From positions 1 through 64,000 of the forward strand of contig JBGSVZ010000001.1 in the NCBI GenBank assembly GCA_041752695.1: a stretch of DNA of 64,000 bases, in the 5' to 3' direction. The stretch's first letter is position 1; every line of letters begins with the position of its first letter. The position numbers and the translations under genes were made by a program. This stretch comes from Terrimicrobiaceae bacterium (GTDB taxonomy: Bacteria; Verrucomicrobiota; Verrucomicrobiia; Chthoniobacterales; Terrimicrobiaceae). The notes beneath the pieces are model-generated. The model did not search any database and was not told where the DNA came from. It saw nothing but the letters and a program-made list of their open reading frames with translations. Of the stretch, positions 59,374 to 64,000 are shown in pieces.

Positions 59374-60524
59374 TAGCGTTTTTCGAGGGGAAGGTATTCC
59401 CGGTCTTCCGGACCGGTGTAGTTGGCGCTGGGCCGGATGATTTTGTTGTCGGCGCGCTGTTCCAAAATGTGGGCTCCCCAGCCGGAGGTGCGGGCAATGA
59501 CAAAGAGCGGAGTAAACATCAAGGTCGGAACGCCCAACATGTGGTAGGAAACCGCGCTGAACCAATCGAGATTCGGGAACATTTTTTTCTCCCTTCCCAT
59601 CACCTCCTCAATGCGCGACGCGATGGCAAACATCTTCAAGTCTTTCGCCGCGAGGGAAAGGTCGTGGGCCACCTTTTTGATCACGGCATTGCGAGGATCG
59701 GACACCGTGTACACCGGGTGACCAAATCCGATGATCACTTCCTTGGTGGCAAGGCGCCGCATAATGTCAGCTTCCGCCTCTTCGGGAGTGGCGTAGCGTT
59801 TCTGAATGTCGAAGGCGAATTCGTTGGCCCCACCATGCTTGGCGCCTCGAAGCGCCCCGATGCCTCCTGTGATTCCGGAGTAGACGTCGGAGGCCGTACC
59901 GGTGATCACGCGGGTGGCGAAGGTGGAGGCGTTAAACTCGTGCTCGGCATAGAGAATGAGGGAAATGTGCATCGCATTGACCCAGGAAGGATCAGGGGCC
60001 CTGCCGTGCAGCAGATGCAGGAAATGTCCGCCGATGGAATCGTCATCCGTCTCCACTTCGATCCGCCGACCGTGCTGGGAAAAGTAATACCAATAGAGCA
60101 GCATGGAGTTCAGCGACGCCAGCAAGCGGTCCGTAATATCGCGGACGCCAGCGGCGTCGTGGGTTTCCCGTTCCGGCAACACACAGCCGAGGGCGGAAAC
60201 GCCGGTTCGCAGTACATCCATCGGATGCGAAGCGGCGGGAAGAGCCTCCAGGATGGTGCGCAGAACAACGGGCAGGCCGCGCAGGGATTTGAGTTTGTTT
60301 TTATAGGCGGCCAGTTCAGAGGCGGTGGGAAGTTTGCCGTGCACTAGGAGGTGGGCCACTTCCTCGAATTCGCAATGCGTCGCGAGATCCAGGATATCGT
60401 AGCCACGGTAGTGCAGGTCGTTGCCGCTGCGGCCGACCGAGCAAAGTGCGGTGTTGCCGGCGGGAACGCCGGAAAGCGCCACGGATTTTTTAGCTTTGAA
60501 AGGGGTGGGGGTGGGATCACTCAT
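59373..60524 (-). CDS. prpC: 2-methylcitrate synthase
   Basis: [29 protein letters not shown] and FPNLDW motifs. Confidence 0.96.
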   Translation of the reverse strand: MSDPTPTPFKAKKSVALSGVPAGNTALCSVGRSGNDLHYRGYDILDLATHCEFEEVAHLLVHGKLPTASELAAYKNKLKSLRGLPVVLRTILEALPAASHPMDVLRTGVSALGCVLPERETHDAAGVRDITDRLLASLNSMLLYWYYFSQHGRRIEVETDDDSIGGHFLHLLHGRAPDPSWVNAMHISLILYAEHEFNASTFATRVITGTASDVYSGITGGIGALRGAKHGGANEFAFDIQKRYATPEEAEADIMRRLATKEVIIGFGHPVYTVSDPRNAVIKKVAHDLSLAAKDLKMFAIASRIEEVMGREKKMFPNLDWFSAVSYHMLGVPTLMFTPLFVIARTSGWGAHILEQRADNKIIRPSANYTGPEDREYLPLEKR

Positions 60525-61425
60525 GACGGGCGGGGTCTTTTTTTTCGGCGAACAAAGCGTTAAGTTTGTCTTCGTAGGCATGGTAGCCGAGCACCTCATA
60601 GAGCTCCTGACGAGTTTGCATGAGGTCGAGGACATTCTTTTGCGATCCCTCGGCACGGATCGTTTCATACACCGTGGTGGCGGCCCGGCTCATCGCCCGA
60701 AAGGCACTTAGCGGATACAAAGCCAGTTGCACGCCCGCGTCGCGAAGGTCGTCTAGGGTGAAAAGCGGTGTGCGCCCGAATTCCGTGATATTGCCCAGCA
60801 CAGGAATCGTCCCCAATGCCACGGTGAACGCGCGGTATTCGTCGAGCGTGGTCAGCGCCTCGGCAAAAATCATGTCGGCCCCCGCCGCCACGTAGGCTTG
60901 AGCCCGCTCGATGGCGGCGGTCAGCCCCTCGCTGTCGTGCGCGTCGGTCCGGGCCATGATGACAAAATGAGAGTCGGTGCGGGCGTCCGTCGCCGCCTTG
61001 ATCCGGTCACACATTTCGGAAACACCGACGAGTTCCTTGCCGGGACGGTGACCGCAGCGTTTGGCCTGCACTTGGTCTTCCAGGTGGCAGCCCGCCGCTC
61101 CCGATTTGGAAAACTCGCGGATGGTGCGCGCGATCATCAACGCTCCGCCCCATCCCGTGTCGGCGTCCACCAGCAGCGGCAATGGGCTCGCCTGCGAGAT
61201 GCGGCGGATGTCTTCGCACACGTCGCCGAGCCCCGTCAGGCCAAGATCGGGCAGTCCAAACGACGCGTTGGCCACCCCCGCCCCCGAAAGGTATAGCGCC
61301 CGGAACCCCGCTCGCTCCGCCAGCATCGCGCAATAGGCGTTGACCACCCCCACGACTTGCAAGGGCCGTTCGACAGTGAGAGCGGCCCGCAAACGGGCCC
61401 CCGGCGAGGGTGGTGAATTTGTCAT
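60517..61425 (-). CDS. prpB: Methylisocitrate lyase
   Basis: [25 protein letters not shown] and NITEFG motifs. Confidence 0.96.
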   Translation of the reverse strand: MTNSPPSPGARLRAALTVERPLQVVGVVNAYCAMLAERAGFRALYLSGAGVANASFGLPDLGLTGLGDVCEDIRRISQASPLPLLVDADTGWGGALMIARTIREFSKSGAAGCHLEDQVQAKRCGHRPGKELVGVSEMCDRIKAATDARTDSHFVIMARTDAHDSEGLTAAIERAQAYVAAGADMIFAEALTTLDEYRAFTVALGTIPVLGNITEFGRTPLFTLDDLRDAGVQLALYPLSAFRAMSRAATTVYETIRAEGSQKNVLDLMQTRQELYEVLGYHAYEDKLNALFAEKKDPARHE

Positions 61426-61525
61426 GGACGCTTGAACCGCAACCTCATCCCCGTATCATCCCCAAATCCCTGCAATTCGGAAGTTCTTTTCTCCCCCCCC
61501 CGCGTTCTCCCCGCCAATTTCATTT

Positions 61526-61561
61526 TTACAATAGATGTCCCAGGTGGGACATTTATTGTAA
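61526..61561. promoter_or_regulatory. AT-rich inverted repeat upstream of prpB (candidate operator)
   Basis: TTACAATAGATGTCCC-AGGT-GGGACATTTATTGTAA: 16-bp arms with one mismatch. Confidence 0.5.
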
Positions 61562-61609
61562 CAGGACCTTTTCCTGCTGGAGGGAGTGACGGGGGGTTGA
61601 CGGAGTGAA

Positions 61610-62596
61610 CTAGGCGGTTCCGAACGTTAGGCCGAGTCGGCGCAGATATTGGCGGTAGGCGATGGCGAGGCGGTCGGAGGGAAGGTGAAGTTCCTCTGCA
61701 AGATCGAGGGGAAGTTTTTCGGGGCGCTGGGACGAAACGATCGGCTGGTCTTGCGCGAAGATGCGATCCTGAAAGGTCGCGATCCCGGCGTTGTCGGCCG
61801 GATCGCCGTAGTTCAGGAAGACGGTGAAATAGGCCACGCTGGCCACGGCAGAGACGGGCGACACGGCAAAGAGCAGGGTGAAACACTTTCCGTCCGCCAG
61901 ACGTTTGCGCAAATACACCGTGAAGGGAGAAAGCACGCCGTATTCGTAGGAGACCTCTCCCGCGCGTTCGAGGCCCTCCGGGTTGGGCTGAAAAATCCGG
62001 ATCTCCCCCGCAAACGGGCGGCCGTTTCTCCACTCGACGTCGTAGGGCAAGATTTCCGCCCGATCCGGCATACCGAGACACCCTTCGTGGACGATCGGCA
62101 GGTGGGCGACATCGAGGAAATTTTCGATCAGCCGCGGCGCTCCGGCGGCGGAAACATAGGGGCCGCAGGGAATCGCACGAAAGGTGGAATCCGCCTCTTC
62201 CGCGAGCTGGGGAACCGGGGCCTGCGGGCTTTCCAACGCCGTCCAGATGAGCCCGGCGCGTTCCTGGCAGACTAATATCCGGGCCTTTGCTTTCGGCGGG
62301 GGCTTGAGCGAGGGATGGGCGGGCATGGCCACGCATTGGCCGGTTTCGTCATAGGTCCATCCGTGGTACGCGCAGCGGAGCGAGCAATTGTCCACGACCT
62401 TTCCCAGCGAGAGACGCACACCACGGTGGACGCAAAGATCCAGCCAAGCGTGAGGGCCGCCGGACCCCCGCCAAAGAACGATTTCTTCCCCGAGCAGCAC
62501 GCCGGCCTGCCGGTCGCCCATTTTGAGGTCACGGGACAATGCCACCGGGCTCCAAGTCTGGCGGGCGACGGGATCGAGGGAGAGTATTGTTGGCAT
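61610..62596 (-). CDS. Rieske non-heme iron oxygenase alpha subunit (VanA/demethylase-like)
   Basis: CVHRG...CAYHGW Rieske motif, ENFLDVAHLPIVH and IFAQD. Confidence 0.9.
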   Translation of the reverse strand: MPTILSLDPVARQTWSPVALSRDLKMGDRQAGVLLGEEIVLWRGSGGPHAWLDLCVHRGVRLSLGKVVDNCSLRCAYHGWTYDETGQCVAMPAHPSLKPPPKAKARILVCQERAGLIWTALESPQAPVPQLAEEADSTFRAIPCGPYVSAAGAPRLIENFLDVAHLPIVHEGCLGMPDRAEILPYDVEWRNGRPFAGEIRIFQPNPEGLERAGEVSYEYGVLSPFTVYLRKRLADGKCFTLLFAVSPVSAVASVAYFTVFLNYGDPADNAGIATFQDRIFAQDQPIVSSQRPEKLPLDLAEELHLPSDRLAIAYRQYLRRLGLTFGTA

Positions 62597-62732
62597 GCGC
62601 GGAAATGACCTGCCGCAGGGTTCCGTGGAATCCGCGGCAGGACAATTGCATTTTTCATGCGAAGGCCTGATGGTTGGCTGGCCGGATTGTTGATTCTTGG
62701 GAGTGAAGGAAGACGAGCGGTGTTTATCTCTG

Positions 62733-63866
62733 ATGAAAAAGCTCGTCCTTGTTTTTCTGGTCGTCCTGTTTTTCAGCCGATCAGTCGGTTTTGCTTATGG
62801 GGCGGAAGGTCACGCATTGGTCGGAGCCATTGCCGACGCCCGTCTGGCTGGCAGGCCCACAGGACCGAAAGTCACCGCATTGCTTGACGGTCTCAGTCTT
62901 TCCCGTGCCGCCGTGCTGCCGGACGAAATTAAAGCTTGGGACAAATACGGCGCTGATGCTCCCGGCGGTTTTCATCTTCCCGGGCATCCGGGGATCGAAA
63001 AACAGCTTCGGGAATTTTGGAAGGCCAACCCTCCGGCGCAGACACCGCGCTCGGAAGATGACTCGGATGCGGTGCCGTCGCACCACTGGTTTCATTACAC
63101 CAACATCCCGCTCATGGGCCATACCCGCTACGATCAAGGCAAAGTCGGTCGCTCGAAATGGGATCTCGTGCGGATGATTGCGTATTGCCAGGATGTTCTC
63201 GCCGAGCGCGTGCCCGCGGAGAATCCCCGCAAGATTACCAAGGCGGTGGCGATTATTCTTCTCGCTCATTTTGTGGGTGATCTCCATCAGCCCCTCCATG
63301 TGGGCGCAGAATTTTTTGACCGCCAGGGCAACCCGGTGGATCCCGATGCGCTCGGCGTCCAGGAACCCGTCACCAATCAAGGTGGAAATACCTTCTTTCT
63401 CATTCTCCAGGAGGCGGTCGATCCGACGAATCCCCACAAACGGATCACCTTGCACGGATTCTGGGACGGTTCCGCAGCCACGGCCGCCATTGCTCGAATT
63501 GGCGGGGAAATTATCCGGGAAAATCCTGGGCGCTCCACGGAATTTCTTCCCTCGGAAATTGCCGCCCAATTGGTCGGGAAGGAGCCGCCCGGCTGGAATG
63601 CGATGGTGGGGAAAGATCCGGAAGCATGGGCGGAGATCTGGGCCAACGAAATTCTTCCGATCGCCCGTCAAGCCCATGCGCGTCTGGAATACTTCGGCGT
63701 GCAATGCCGGGAGGATCGCGGAGTCGTTGTTGCCTCGGGTTTCGCCAGGGAAAAATCCCTGCCTGACAACCCAAGTTACGTGGACTGGGCGGGGGAGGTG
63801 GTTGCCGGTCAGATCGCCAAGGGTGGCTGGCGTCTTGCCGCCCTTCTCGAAAACGCACTTCCGTAG
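62733..63866 (+). CDS. S1/P1 nuclease family protein (secreted)
   Basis: Signal peptide; YG..GH, HWFHY, HFVGDLHQPLH, LHGFWD and GG.RLA..L motifs. Confidence 0.88.
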   Translation: MKKLVLVFLVVLFFSRSVGFAYGAEGHALVGAIADARLAGRPTGPKVTALLDGLSLSRAAVLPDEIKAWDKYGADAPGGFHLPGHPGIEKQLREFWKANPPAQTPRSEDDSDAVPSHHWFHYTNIPLMGHTRYDQGKVGRSKWDLVRMIAYCQDVLAERVPAENPRKITKAVAIILLAHFVGDLHQPLHVGAEFFDRQGNPVDPDALGVQEPVTNQGGNTFFLILQEAVDPTNPHKRITLHGFWDGSAATAAIARIGGEIIRENPGRSTEFLPSEIAAQLVGKEPPGWNAMVGKDPEAWAEIWANEILPIARQAHARLEYFGVQCREDRGVVVASGFAREKSLPDNPSYVDWAGEVVAGQIAKGGWRLAALLENALP

Positions 63867-64000
63867 CGGCTGGATCTTGCCGTCCGCTTTAGGGAGCGGG
63901 CGGGATGACCGGCGCCTCCGACGGGCAGTTGGTGCCCTCAGCTGGCTGCGACATGGAGAGCAACACCTGACTGGCGCAAGGCTTTTGCATCCTTGGGGGG

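Overview
GC-rich bacterial DNA with verrucomicrobial hallmarks: two PEP-CTERM proteins, a pseudopilin-like gene inside a glycan locus, a homodimeric-type GlyRS and few obvious Shine-Dalgarno motifs. From left to right the window holds the left end of an IS5-family element, then an ~11.4 kb glycan-utilisation-type locus (PEP-CTERM, pseudopilin, ADP-ribosylglycohydrolase-fold protein, CBM-like protein, heparinase II/III-like protein, MFS transporter, two esterases). A long, mostly housekeeping tract follows (thyA-folA, exbBDD, surA/ppiD-like, metG, lpxL-like, ndk, mtgA, amtB, glyQS, dxs, xseB, an NtrC-family regulator, recG, recJ, leuA). The right end carries CE7/GH2 hydrolases, prpBCD, a Rieske oxygenase and an S1/P1 nuclease. 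The most interesting signals are not in the ORF track. (1) A consensus sigma-54 promoter precedes an operon in which amtB is paired with two Roadblock-like proteins instead of GlnK. (2) A classical-looking attenuator with a Val-rich leader peptide precedes a SAM methyltransferase. (3) A Leu-rich, probably leaderless, leader peptide precedes leuA. (4) A RAYT transposase is flanked by GTAG REP dyads whose GTAG motifs supply the stop codons of both folA and the RAYT. (5) An ECF-type promoter motif, TGAATAA-N15-CGT, is shared by two secreted-protein genes. All family calls come from motif recognition by eye; no database searches were run.
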